Shown: positions 38,872-49,075, counted from the stretch's first letter. The stretch: DNA of 64,000 bases from Longimicrobiales bacterium (GCA_041690395.1 JAWLHJ010000002.1:324707-388706), one strand, 5' to 3'. The notes: generated by a model not told the origin, from the letters alone. Made by a program: numbers and translations.

Positions 38872-41133
38872 ATGCGGATCACCACCCACCTCCGCGGGAC
38901 CCACCTCCGCGGGACCCGGCTCCCGGGCATGGTGCTTCTGGCCGGTGCACTACTCTGGGGATGCAGTAGCGACCCGACCGACCCCGTTGGAAACACCGAC
39001 CCCGACCCATCCACGAACCAGGCGCCGACCGCCGCGGCGGGCTCCGACGTCAGCGTGAGCGTCGGGCTGGCCGTGACCCTCGACGGTACGGCGTCCGCCG
39101 ATCCCGACGGCGACGCCATCACATATGCCTGGACGCTGACGCCACCGTCGGGAAGCGCGGCCGTACTCGACGGCGAGACCGGCGAGAGCCCGACGTTCAC
39201 CCCGGACGTCGAAGGCGCCTACGTCGCTTCGCTCGTCGTGAACGACGGCACCGACGACAGCGCGCCCGACGAGATCACCGTGACCGCGACCGACAACACC
39301 ACTTCATCGGCCGTCACCGCGTCCGCCGGAGGCTCCATCACCTCGGCCGACGCCAAGCTCGAGCTCACGATTCCGGCCGGCGCGCTCGCCGCCGATACCG
39401 AGATCGCCATCAACCTCTTCGGGGACGCCCAGCTGCCGGAGGCCCTGGACGGCCTTGCCGGTGACATCACGGCCTACGATCTGGGACCCGACGGCACCAC
39501 GTTCTCGGCGCCCGTGGAAATCTCCTTCGACATGCCGGGCTCGGTCACCTCGTCCGGCGGCACGGTATCGACATCCGCCGGGCTGCTCTACGCCGAGTCG
39601 GAAGGAACCGTCGAGGCCATGGCCAACACGACGTTCGTGCAGGACGAGGACGATCCGACGTCCGGGAGACTCACGGGTGAGATGTCCCACTTCTCGAGCG
39701 CGGTCTTCTCGGCCGCCGACCTGTACTACGAGATCGAGGCCCCCGCGAGCGCGGAGGTGGGTACCCCCTTCGACGTGACATTCACCATCGACATCACGAA
39801 CGCCGGGGTCGGTGAGGTCGTCAGCGCGACCGTGGAGGACGCCTCCCGAGCGCCCGTGGTACCGGATGAGGGCTTCGACCCGGAGCTCGGGGGCGCGCCG
39901 ACGCTGGTGTGGGTGACGAACAGCTACACTTGTACCGAGGTCGGTGAGGGACGGATCTCGGTCTTCATGCGCTTCGACTCGGACGACGAGTTCGGCTCCT
40001 TCGCCCGCATCAACCTCGGGAAGGCGGTGACGTGCGTGGAGCCTCCGCCGCAGCTCGAGACCCAGTGGATCGACGCCGCGGGGGCCTGGCGCATTCTGCC
40101 GGTGGCGGGATCGGACACGGACGTCACGGTCGGAGGCGACGTGCGGCGCATCAATCTGGCGACCGGTTCCATGGTGCTTGGAAGCGCGGTAGCCCAGGAC
40201 AATGCTCCGGAATTCGTGTTCGCGCTGAGTGACGGCACCTACCTGGTTCACCACGAGCTCGGGTACAACGTTCGCCACTTCGACCCGAACGCCGATCCTC
40301 AGGATCCCAGCCCGACCGTTCACTCCTTCGACCAGCCCCGCCACATGGCCACGGTCTCGGAAAACGTCGTCGCCGTCGCGTCCGCCTACGGAGACCTGGG
40401 GCTCATCAGCTACACGCCCGGCGGCGGGTTCTCCGACGCCTACAGGACCTTGGGCGTGAACGGACAACAGCAGGCGGGAACGAACCTCCAGGCCATCTGG
40501 GGGTCGGCCGACGGCCAGACGCTCATCGGCGCCGTGACGGAGGGAGAAGGCGACGCCGCGTTCAACGACACTCAGGCGGCCCTGCTGGTCCCTGGTGCCG
40601 AGGCCGGAACCGTCGAGGCACAGGTCTTCCCCGGCATGATCGACTGGCGACTCGACGGGGATCGGCGCCACGAGAACTGGCTCGACTGCGGAGACCATGT
40701 CGGTGAGCCCAACCGTGTCGTCTGCGTCTTCACGAGCGGGTTCGGCTACCCGGCGAGCGAAGACACGGAGACCGACGGGTTCTTCAGCATCTTCTCGGTG
40801 GCGCCGTCGGGCACGAGCACCGGTCCCGTGCTCCTGGACTGGGACGGAGCAAACGCTCGGGCCGGGGGCGCGGTCTTCCCGGTCGACGACATCACCACGG
40901 GCGTGGCCGTCGCGAACCAGGCCACCGGACACATCGACGTCTGGCATATCCAGGGATCGGATGTGGCTGCGTCGTTCTCACTGGATATCTCGAGTCAGTG
41001 TCCCGACCCCGTGGACCTGGTCCTTCTGGGCGATGGCTCACGCGGCGCGGTCACGTGCAGCGCCGGCGGCTCGGGCGCCGGGGGGGTGCTCGTGATCCGC
41101 AACCTGAACCTCCAGCTTCCGCCCACGTCGTAG
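38872..41133 (+). CDS. Large lipoprotein with PKD/REJ-like and ZU5-like domains and a probable C-terminal beta-rich domain
   Basis: Lipobox LWGC; NQAPTA.AG...LDGT.S.DPDGD.ITYAW (PKD); L.IPAGAL...GPDGTTF..PV (ZU5-like); HFS motif. Confidence 0.72.
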   Translation: MRITTHLRGTHLRGTRLPGMVLLAGALLWGCSSDPTDPVGNTDPDPSTNQAPTAAAGSDVSVSVGLAVTLDGTASADPDGDAITYAWTLTPPSGSAAVLDGETGESPTFTPDVEGAYVASLVVNDGTDDSAPDEITVTATDNTTSSAVTASAGGSITSADAKLELTIPAGALAADTEIAINLFGDAQLPEALDGLAGDITAYDLGPDGTTFSAPVEISFDMPGSVTSSGGTVSTSAGLLYAESEGTVEAMANTTFVQDEDDPTSGRLTGEMSHFSSAVFSAADLYYEIEAPASAEVGTPFDVTFTIDITNAGVGEVVSATVEDASRAPVVPDEGFDPELGGAPTLVWVTNSYTCTEVGEGRISVFMRFDSDDEFGSFARINLGKAVTCVEPPPQLETQWIDAAGAWRILPVAGSDTDVTVGGDVRRINLATGSMVLGSAVAQDNAPEFVFALSDGTYLVHHELGYNVRHFDPNADPQDPSPTVHSFDQPRHMATVSENVVAVASAYGDLGLISYTPGGGFSDAYRTLGVNGQQQAGTNLQAIWGSADGQTLIGAVTEGEGDAAFNDTQAALLVPGAEAGTVEAQVFPGMIDWRLDGDRRHENWLDCGDHVGEPNRVVCVFTSGFGYPASEDTETDGFFSIFSVAPSGTSTGPVLLDWDGANARAGGAVFPVDDITTGVAVANQATGHIDVWHIQGSDVAASFSLDISSQCPDPVDLVLLGDGSRGAVTCSAGGSGAGGVLVIRNLNLQLPPTS
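38884..38927 (+). repeat. 15-bp in-frame tandem repeat in a signal-peptide n-region
   Basis: ACCCACCTCCGCGGG x2 plus degenerate ACCCGGCTCCCGGG (THLRG THLRG TRLPG). Confidence 0.8.
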
Positions 41134-41246
41134 CTCGGAGGTGGCGGCCGGCTCGGTCACCCCGGGTCGGTCGCCACCGCCGTTCTTCTTGCCTCACCCC
41201 CCGCACCCCCGCACATTGCGCATACCCCTCAGGTATGGAGGCAACG

Positions 41247-41639
41247 ATGCCCTTCCGTCTCGTCGTACGGTCGATCCCGGCCGCGATGCTCGTAGCGACC
41301 GTTTCCGCGTGCGCTACGTCCGCCCCTCCCGCCGAGCAGACCGCGGCGGTCCCCGCCGGCGACTGGTGCCAGGTGGACGTGCGGAACGCGACGCAGTTCA
41401 CGCTCGACACGTCGTACTGGCTGGGTCCGCGAGGCACGGGCGCCATGCACCCGGTCGGGATGCTCGACCCCGACCAGTCGACCATGTTCGGTGTTCCGTG
41501 CGCACAGGAGCGGCTCCAGGTTTCCGGTGTCGCGGTGAGCGTGTTCGGTGCGTCGCTGGATCGCGGTCAGGCGAGAGGCTTCGCCGTCGCGGATCTGGAG
41601 CCGGGCAAAACGGCCATGGTGGTGCTGCGGGCGCGTTAG
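41247..41639 (+). CDS. Hypothetical small lipoprotein
   Basis: GGAGG RBS, lipobox VSAC, beta-rich body with two Cys. Confidence 0.6.
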   Translation: MPFRLVVRSIPAAMLVATVSACATSAPPAEQTAAVPAGDWCQVDVRNATQFTLDTSYWLGPRGTGAMHPVGMLDPDQSTMFGVPCAQERLQVSGVAVSVFGASLDRGQARGFAVADLEPGKTAMVVLRAR

Positions 41640-41690
41640 CCGACCTCCAGCCCGCAGGCTCGTCCGCGGCCCCCCCGTCCAGGAACTGGC

Positions 41691-44600
41691 TCACCGCCAG
41701 AGCCGGCGGATCTCCTGCTGCGTCCACGGCACGCCGGCCTTCAGGACCAGCTCGACCCGGGCCGCGTTGGCCACGTCCTCCAGGGGGTTCCCCCGCACCA
41801 GGACGAGGTCGGCAATCTTGCCGGGCTCCAGGGTCCCGAGCTCGTGGTCCATCCGCGTGTAACGCGCCGCGTTGATCGTCACGGACTGCAGGGCCTCGTG
41901 GGGCGACACCCCCGTGGCGAACGCCCGGAGCTGCGCGTGGAGGCCGAGGGCGGGCCAGGCCAGAGGGCTGTCGGAGCCCAGCGCCACCAGGCCCCCTCCC
42001 CGCAGGATGGCCGCGGGCGTGGCCACGTCGTCGCGGGTCGCCTGCCGCTCCGCCTCGGTGGGAGGCCGCGACGCCTGCTGCTCGAGCTGAGGCAGATATC
42101 CTCGAGGCATGAGCACCTGCACGCGCGGGTCTTCCATGAGTCCGGGCTCTTCCCCGAGGATCTGGTTCGTCCGCACGTGATGGCTGGAAAGGTGGAAGTC
42201 CCCCTGGGTATAGAGAGCGAGCACGTCCTGGTAGCTCCGGCCACCCGCCGACTCCGCCCACGAATACCCCATGCGCTGGGTGGCGGAGAGGTGCGTCGTA
42301 CCGCCGAGCCCGGCCTGGATGCCCGGAGAGAGGAAGTGCGACCCGCTCGAGATCCCCATCTCCGCGGCCGCGGTCCCCACCCGGGCCATCACGTCGGCGG
42401 GTGAGCGGACGTAGGCCTTCAGATAGTCCATCTCGAGCTCCCGGGCCGCGTCGAGCTCCATCTCGAGAACGTCGTGGCTGCTCACGCTCCGATGGTGTCC
42501 GTAGTAGGTCCGGGTCCCGTCGTAGATGGGCGCCGCCAGGAGGCGCGGGCCGATCCACCGGCCGGCGTCGATGGACTCCTTGGCCAGGAGCGTGTGGTAG
42601 GTGGACGTGCCGTTGGAGAGGACCGTCGTGATCCCGTAGGCGAGCTGAACGGCCCACCACCCCGACGCGAAGTCCTGGACCCGGGGGTGGATATGCGCGT
42701 CCCAGAGCCCCGGCATGGCCACCAGCTCCGAACCGTCCACGTACTCCGCTCCGGCGGCCGCGGCGGCCTCCGGGCCGTGTTGCTCAGCGTCGTAGGGGGC
42801 GATCTCCTCGATCCGCCCGCCGCTCACGCGGATGATCACCTCACCCTGAAGCGTGGGCTCCACGCCGTCCCACATGCCGCCGGCGCGGATCCAGCGCTCC
42901 CCTTCGCCCAGGTCGGGCTCCCAGGTCAGCGGCACCCCGATCTCCCCGCCACCCGTCCCGTCCACTCCGACCGAGCGGAGGCGCCCCCTGGACAGGTAGA
43001 GCACCGAGCGGGAATCCGGAGCCCAGCTCGGCATATCCGCGATGTGGTCGGTGAGCTGGCGGGCCGGCCCGGTGGGTGTGCCATCAGGCGCCACGGGAAG
43101 GACGTGGAGTACCGAGTTCATGATGAATGCCATCCACGCACCGTCCGGCGACCACGCGGGACCCGCCTCGAACCGTTCAGAGAGCTGAGCGGGCAGCGGC
43201 CCGGGCTCGTGGAACGTCGCCTCGCCCGTGGCCACTTCCACCACGCGGATCAGGTTCCGACCTTCGCGGAAGCGCCGGGAGAACGGCTGGATGTCCGCGA
43301 GTACGATGTAGCGCCCGTCGGGGGACCAGGAGGGCCGGCCCACGTTGCTCGCGTACGCCTGCTCCGCCACGAGCCGCACCGTGCCAGCGGCCACGTCGAG
43401 CACCCGGAGCGACTGGTCCGACCCGTCGATGTAGGCCACCCGCTCGCCGTCCGGCGCGAGGACCGGAAACACCATCCGGGCATCCGGGAGATTCGTGCGC
43501 CGCGTGATCTCCCGCGTCTCCAGATCGACGCTGTACATCTCGGGAAGGCCGTTGCCGTGGCGATCCGAGTTGAACCAGAGCGTGCGCCCGTCGGGAGCCC
43601 ACGACGGGACCCACTCGATGTAGGCGTCGTCCGTGAGGCGGACCGGCTCGCCGTCGAGCGGCATGACCCAGAGGTCGTTGAGCGCGGTGAACGCGACCTG
43701 CTCCCCGTCGGGGGAGAGCACCGGGGCGAAGATCCCGCGCACCGGATGGGGTCCGGCCGCGTCCAGGCGGCGCGGGTTGGGGGCGGTGACGGGGCGGTCC
43801 AGGGCGAGGGTCGCCTCGAAGGGGATGTCCTCGCGACGGTCCCCCGCGACGTCACGCACCCGAACGGCGCCGTCGGCGGTGTAGAGCAACGCTCCGTTGA
43901 GCATCCAGCGGACCGGGAACGGGAAGACGTCTTCGGAGCCGGCGGACACCGGGGTCCCGTCCACCAGTAGCCGGCGCTCCCGGTCCTGCCACGCCAGACG
44001 GCCGTCGGGTGCCCAGGACGGCGCGATCACGCGGCCCGACGCATCCGTCACGAGGACTTCTTCCGCGCCCGAGCGGTCCACGGCCCGCACTGCACCGCCG
44101 TCCACGTAGGCGACGCGGCTCCCGTCGGGCGACCAGGTGGGCGAGTGCTCCTCGGCCGGGCCGGAGGTCCACCGCACGAGCTCCCCGGTGTCCACGTCCA
44201 CCGACCAGATGTCGTAGGAGCCTTCGCCCGCACGGTCCGACGAGAACGCGACCCGTCGCCCGTCCGGAGACCAGGCCGGCTCCCGGTGATCGGCATGCCC
44301 CTCGGTGAGGGATCGCGGGTCGGAGCCGTCCCGTTCGACGACCCAGATCTGATAGTAGTGATCGACGAAGGTCTGGAACGCGATGAGGTCCCCGTCCGGC
44401 GACCACACCGGGTGGGTGATCTCCGGGCCCGCGTCGAGGGGCGTGGCCTCCCCTCCCGAGGCCGGAAGGGTCCAGAGTCCGCCCTGGAGCGCCAGAACCA
44501 ACGTCTGTCCGTCCGGCGAGACGTCGGCGGCCATGTTCGTACCCTCGGTGAGCGTCACCGTCCGCTCCTGGGTGAACACGACCGGACCGTCATCGGAGGG

Positions 44601-44693
44601 AGCGCACGCGGCAGCGACCAGAACGACGACGGACGCGAAGGCGCGGACGAGCGGGTGGGCACGGGCGGACAACAGCACGGGGCGCTGGATCAT
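41691..44693 (-). CDS. TolB/PD40-repeat plus amidohydrolase fusion lipoprotein
   Basis: Lipobox AAAC; repeated P.WSPDG; PGLWDAHIH, YLKAY, GSDSP, G.LEPGKIADLV. Confidence 0.88.
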   Translation of the reverse strand: MIQRPVLLSARAHPLVRAFASVVVLVAAACAPSDDGPVVFTQERTVTLTEGTNMAADVSPDGQTLVLALQGGLWTLPASGGEATPLDAGPEITHPVWSPDGDLIAFQTFVDHYYQIWVVERDGSDPRSLTEGHADHREPAWSPDGRRVAFSSDRAGEGSYDIWSVDVDTGELVRWTSGPAEEHSPTWSPDGSRVAYVDGGAVRAVDRSGAEEVLVTDASGRVIAPSWAPDGRLAWQDRERRLLVDGTPVSAGSEDVFPFPVRWMLNGALLYTADGAVRVRDVAGDRREDIPFEATLALDRPVTAPNPRRLDAAGPHPVRGIFAPVLSPDGEQVAFTALNDLWVMPLDGEPVRLTDDAYIEWVPSWAPDGRTLWFNSDRHGNGLPEMYSVDLETREITRRTNLPDARMVFPVLAPDGERVAYIDGSDQSLRVLDVAAGTVRLVAEQAYASNVGRPSWSPDGRYIVLADIQPFSRRFREGRNLIRVVEVATGEATFHEPGPLPAQLSERFEAGPAWSPDGAWMAFIMNSVLHVLPVAPDGTPTGPARQLTDHIADMPSWAPDSRSVLYLSRGRLRSVGVDGTGGGEIGVPLTWEPDLGEGERWIRAGGMWDGVEPTLQGEVIIRVSGGRIEEIAPYDAEQHGPEAAAAAGAEYVDGSELVAMPGLWDAHIHPRVQDFASGWWAVQLAYGITTVLSNGTSTYHTLLAKESIDAGRWIGPRLLAAPIYDGTRTYYGHHRSVSSHDVLEMELDAARELEMDYLKAYVRSPADVMARVGTAAAEMGISSGSHFLSPGIQAGLGGTTHLSATQRMGYSWAESAGGRSYQDVLALYTQGDFHLSSHHVRTNQILGEEPGLMEDPRVQVLMPRGYLPQLEQQASRPPTEAERQATRDDVATPAAILRGGGLVALGSDSPLAWPALGLHAQLRAFATGVSPHEALQSVTINAARYTRMDHELGTLEPGKIADLVLVRGNPLEDVANAARVELVLKAGVPWTQQEIRRLWR

Positions 44694-44758
44694 GACGGGC
44701 TCGAGACGACGCGAGGAACCTACCGTCGGGAGACGGGCTCGAGGCCAACCTACGCGAA

Positions 44759-44790
44759 GGCGGCCGGGCGGGAAAACCCGCCCGGCCGCC
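44759..44790. terminator. Perfect 14-bp GC hairpin (probable terminator for the M14 gene)
   Basis: GGCGGCCGGGCGGG-AAAA-CCCGCCCGGCCGCC. Confidence 0.6.
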
Positions 44791-44892
44791 CGGGTCCGGT
44801 CGACCGCCCGGGGCGGCCGCGCGGGTACGTCCCCCCGCCGCCGGGGGGGGGGCCCCACCCCCGCCCCCCCCCCCCCGGGTCCGGTCGACCGC
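44789..44892. repeat. 19-bp direct repeat flanking G10/C13 homopolymer tracts
   Basis: CCCGGGTCCGGTCGACCGC at 44789-44807 and 44874-44892 with poly-G and poly-C between. Confidence 0.7.
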
Positions 44893-44929
44893 GCGGCTCG
44901 ACCGCGCGGTTACTTCAGCCGCCGCCCGC

Positions 44930-47524
44930 TCAGAAGCTCGCCCCGAAGAACACCGCGTTCAGCAGCAGTTGCGCACTCCCGTACCAGAACCCGCGGAAGT
45001 CCGCGTCGTCCATGAGCGCGATGACGGACCCGCTTCCGATCTCGTCGGCCACGACCACCGCCGCGCCCGGCATGAGCTCGAGCCGCTCCTCCGAGATGTA
45101 CCCCGAAAGCAACGGCTCCTCCGCGTAGCGCGCGACGGTCATTCCCGGCGTCGTCGGCGCGTCGTAGAGCGTCGTGCCCTGCCGGAACACCGGCAGGTCC
45201 GACCCGATGCCGAACGACAGCGGATGGGTCGGATCGAGCTCGGCATGGAAGATCGAGCCGCCGATCCCCTGGGCCCCGTAGGCGTCGTCCAGATCGGCCC
45301 ACTGCTTGCCGACCAGGAGGGAGTCGACATCGAGCGTGCGCTCCTCGAGCGGAATCATACCGGTCTCTACGATCCACTCCGCGCCGCTCTCCATGCCGAT
45401 GAGCGTGCCGCCCTCCGCGACCCAGGTCCGCAGCTTGTCGGCCGGCACGTTTCCGTAGCCACCCCCGGCGAGGAGGATGACGTTGTACCGGTCGAGGTCG
45501 GCTCCCGCCACCTCGGCGGCATCCAGGAGCGTGATCGGCATGTGCATCCGCTCGTTGAGCAGGTGCCAGGCCTCGCCGACATCATACGAGCTCGTGCCTT
45601 CGCCGCTCAGCAGCGCCACCTTCGGCAGCGCGAGCGGCTCGTTGCTCCGTCCGCCGATATCGTTGCCGCGCGGCGTGAAGCCCGTGGCCGTCGCGTGCAC
45701 CCGGACGTGATCCCTGGAGACCGCTTCAGCGACCAACTCGTGCACCGTCGCAGCGTCCACCTCGGGCTGCGTCACCGGCACGATGATCGTCCCGGGCTCG
45801 AAGTCGACCACCTGCCCGGCCACTTCGGCACCGAACGCCCGGGTGGCCAGCCGCGGCAGGATCCCGGCCGCCTGCAGCCGGTGGAGCGCGCGGGGCGCGA
45901 AGTACGCCCCCCACTCCATGAGGTAGGCATAGTCCGCCTCGCCGCCCACCAGCTCACCGGCCGGCGGAGTCACGGGACCCAGCTCGGCGCCCAACAGGCC
46001 CGAGGGGTCGGACGTCAGGACGCCGTGATCCACGTTGTACGCGAGCGGCATGGTCCAGGTGGAGATGTCGTAGAAGAGCGAGTCGGTGAACGTCGTCACC
46101 CGCTCCATGGACGCCGACACAAGCCGTCCCTGAGGCTGATCGGTCGAGACCACCCACGCCGAGCCCGGCTCGAACGTGCGGCCGTCCACGGTGACCTCCT
46201 GCGCCAGCTCGTGAATCCGCACCCGGTGTGACTGCAGGAGCTGACCCAGGAGCGCCGAGCGCACCGGACGCGTGTCCGTGGCCACCACCCATCCCCGGGA
46301 CTCCTTTTCGGCGGCAGCCTGCGAAGCCCCCGCATAGAAGTCGCGCTGGTACCGCAGCAGCTCCTCGCGCATGTCCACGACGGCGTTGAGCGTGGAGAGC
46401 GAGGCCATGAAGTGGTTGCGCACCGTAAACGCGAACGTCAGCACGCCGTTCACCGTCTCACGCTCGAGGGCCCGCGACGAAGCCTGCTCGAAGAGGATCC
46501 CGATGGTGCCCTGCACGTCCGGGAAGGTCGATCCCTTCCCGACGTAGAAGTCGTCGTATCCTTCCTCGCTGAAGTACAGCGACCCGATCCGGTCGAGGTA
46601 CTCGGCATGGTAGGCCGCGATGTCGGCCGTGAGCTCCTGGTTCCTGAGCGGGGTCTCCGGGTTCACGCGGCTCTGGATGCCCGGCATGAAGAAGTAGGTG
46701 TCGTCACTCCCCATCTCGTGATAGTCGGTGAGCACCTGCGGCCGCCACTGATGGTAGAGGGCCACCCTTCCCTGGGATGTCGGGTGGATCAGCGGCAGCC
46801 AGTCCCGGTTCAGGTCGAAGAAGTAGTGGTTGGTGCGCCCGCCCGGCCACGGCTCGTTGTGCTCCCGCCCCTGCGGGTCCGTCGACGCGACGGCGCCGCG
46901 GTTGCGGTTGGCCCAGTCGGTGAATCGGTCGCGCCCGTCCGGGTTGAACATCGGATCGACGATGACCACGGCGCTCTCCAGCACCGACTCCACCGCCTCG
47001 CCGCGACCCGCGGCCAGATGATACAGCGTCAGGAGCGCGGCCTCGGTCCCGCTGGCCTCGTTCCCGTGGATGCTGTAGCCCATGAGCGCGATCGCCGGCA
47101 TATCCGCCAGCTCGGCGTCGCTCACCTCGGCCGCCGCGTCCGACAGTCGGAGGTTCGCCTGCCGGATCTCCTCCAGCCGCGCGAGCTTGTCCGGCGTGCT
47201 CACGAAGGCATGGATGAGCTTGCGACCCTCGTGCGTCCGGCCGTGCTCGGCCAGCTGCACGCGCTCGCTCGCCGCGGCCACCGCCTCGAAGTAGCGCACC
47301 ACCTCGTGCGGCATGGTGTGCTTCTCCCCGATCACGTGGCCCAGGACCTCCTGGGGCGTGGGGATGGCCGGGTCGTACGTCACGCCCGGCGGGAGCGGCA
47401 CGTCGATGGTGATCGGCACCTCCTGCGCGGATGTCGGACCCGGGAGGCTGGCCGCCAGGAGCAGCGCGGACGTGATGGCGAGGATCTTCGTTCGCATGAT
47501 GACGTGGGTTGGAGCGATGTTCAT
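44930..47524 (-). CDS. Secreted M14 zinc carboxypeptidase family protein
   Basis: Signal peptide; YSIHGNEASG, NPDGRDRF, NHYFFDLNRD, DYHEMG, GILFEQAS; start 47524 or 47497. Confidence 0.9.
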   Translation of the reverse strand: MNIAPTHVIMRTKILAITSALLLAASLPGPTSAQEVPITIDVPLPPGVTYDPAIPTPQEVLGHVIGEKHTMPHEVVRYFEAVAAASERVQLAEHGRTHEGRKLIHAFVSTPDKLARLEEIRQANLRLSDAAAEVSDAELADMPAIALMGYSIHGNEASGTEAALLTLYHLAAGRGEAVESVLESAVVIVDPMFNPDGRDRFTDWANRNRGAVASTDPQGREHNEPWPGGRTNHYFFDLNRDWLPLIHPTSQGRVALYHQWRPQVLTDYHEMGSDDTYFFMPGIQSRVNPETPLRNQELTADIAAYHAEYLDRIGSLYFSEEGYDDFYVGKGSTFPDVQGTIGILFEQASSRALERETVNGVLTFAFTVRNHFMASLSTLNAVVDMREELLRYQRDFYAGASQAAAEKESRGWVVATDTRPVRSALLGQLLQSHRVRIHELAQEVTVDGRTFEPGSAWVVSTDQPQGRLVSASMERVTTFTDSLFYDISTWTMPLAYNVDHGVLTSDPSGLLGAELGPVTPPAGELVGGEADYAYLMEWGAYFAPRALHRLQAAGILPRLATRAFGAEVAGQVVDFEPGTIIVPVTQPEVDAATVHELVAEAVSRDHVRVHATATGFTPRGNDIGGRSNEPLALPKVALLSGEGTSSYDVGEAWHLLNERMHMPITLLDAAEVAGADLDRYNVILLAGGGYGNVPADKLRTWVAEGGTLIGMESGAEWIVETGMIPLEERTLDVDSLLVGKQWADLDDAYGAQGIGGSIFHAELDPTHPLSFGIGSDLPVFRQGTTLYDAPTTPGMTVARYAEEPLLSGYISEERLELMPGAAVVVADEIGSGSVIALMDDADFRGFWYGSAQLLLNAVFFGASF

Positions 47525-47625
47525 GGGGGAACCGTCCTTGGCATACCGGACGGGCGGCGGCACGTTCCGGCCATCCCCCGCACCTCTCGAGCCCGGACCG
47601 CAGCCATGGCGCGACCCTGCAACGC

Positions 47626-49059
47626 ATGGTGAGCCTGCCCCCCTGGTTGGTCGCCCTCTTCGTCGTGGTCCATGTTCTGGGCTTCGTCACCTCGCTCGTG
47701 GCGCTACTCCAGACACGGACCGCGCAGGGGACCCTCGCGTGGCTCATCGCCTTGAACGCGCTGCCCTGGCTGGCCCTCCCGGCCTGGTGGATCTTCGGGC
47801 GCCGGCGCTTCGAGGGGTACGTATCGGCCCGCCGGGGGGAAGACCGCGAGCTGACCGCGGTGGCCGCGAAGGCCGCCGACCAGGCGAGGGCGTTCGGCGT
47901 GACCGTGAGCGCCGGTCGGGGCGACCTCGACGCGCTCGAGAAGCTCGCCAGGATGCCCATCCTCGGCGGCAACGCCGTGGACATCCTGGTGGACGGAGAG
48001 GAGACCTACGAGAGCATGTTCCAGGGGATGGAGCGCGCCCGCGAAACCCTCCTCGTTCTCTTCTACACCGTACGGGACGACGAAGTGGGACGCCGCATGC
48101 AGGAGATCCTCATCCGGAAAGCGCGGGAGGGGGTCATGGTGCGGTTCCTGTTCGACGGCGCCGGAAGCTACCACCTACCGGAGTCGTGGCTGGGCACGCT
48201 CGAGGAGGCCGGAGTGCGGACCGCGGGCTTCCGGCTGGGTCGCGGCGTGCGTCTCCGGTCGCAGCTCAACTTCCGGAACCACCGCAAGATCGTGGTCGTG
48301 GACGGCCGTGAGGGATGGGTGGGTGGGCTCAACATCGGCGAGGAGTACCTCGGACGCGATCCGGACATCGGCACGTGGCGCGACACCCACCTCCACCTGG
48401 TGGGACCGGCGGCGCTCGGCCTCCAGCTCGTGTTCGTCGAGGACTGGCACTGGGCGACTGCCGAGGTGCTCGCGCTCGACTGGACCCCGGTCGAGGCACC
48501 CGGCGGTGGCAACGTCGCGGCCGTCATGGTCGCATCCGGCCCCGCCGATCCGGTGGAGACCGCATCCCTCCTCATCCAGCACGTGATCCACGCCGCCGAG
48601 CGGCGACTCTGGATGGCCACCCCCTACCTCGTCCCCGACGAGGGCGTCGCGGCCGCGCTCGTCCTGGCACGCCTGCGGGGGGTGGACGTGCGCCTCCTCG
48701 TGCCCGAGCGCCCGGACATCTTCCTCGCGCATCTCGCGGCGTTCACCTACTTCGGACCGTTGCTCGACGCCGAGGTCCGCATCTTCCGCTACAACGCCGG
48801 CTTCATGCACTCGAAGACGTTCGTCATGGACGACGCCGCGGTCGGCATCGGCACGCTCAACCTCGACAACCGGTCGCTCCGCCTGAACTTCGAGATCACC
48901 GCCGTGCTCGTGGACGAGTCCGCGGCGGCCCGCATGGAGGCGGTCTTCGAGGCCGACTTCGAGCGGTCCACCGAGCTCACCCAAGAGGACCTCGAACGGC
49001 TTCCGCTGGCGACGCGGCTCGGGAGCCGAGCGGCGCGGCTGTTGGCGCCGGTGCTGTAG
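47626..49059 (+). CDS. cls: Cardiolipin synthase (PLD family)
   Basis: N-terminal TM hairpin; two HKD motifs NHRKIVVVD and HSKTFVMD; WRDTH, NLDNRSLRLNFE. Confidence 0.92.
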   Translation: MVSLPPWLVALFVVVHVLGFVTSLVALLQTRTAQGTLAWLIALNALPWLALPAWWIFGRRRFEGYVSARRGEDRELTAVAAKAADQARAFGVTVSAGRGDLDALEKLARMPILGGNAVDILVDGEETYESMFQGMERARETLLVLFYTVRDDEVGRRMQEILIRKAREGVMVRFLFDGAGSYHLPESWLGTLEEAGVRTAGFRLGRGVRLRSQLNFRNHRKIVVVDGREGWVGGLNIGEEYLGRDPDIGTWRDTHLHLVGPAALGLQLVFVEDWHWATAEVLALDWTPVEAPGGGNVAAVMVASGPADPVETASLLIQHVIHAAERRLWMATPYLVPDEGVAAALVLARLRGVDVRLLVPERPDIFLAHLAAFTYFGPLLDAEVRIFRYNAGFMHSKTFVMDDAAVGIGTLNLDNRSLRLNFEITAVLVDESAAARMEAVFEADFERSTELTQEDLERLPLATRLGSRAARLLAPVL

Positions 49060-49075
49060 GGGGAGAGCGGGCCCG

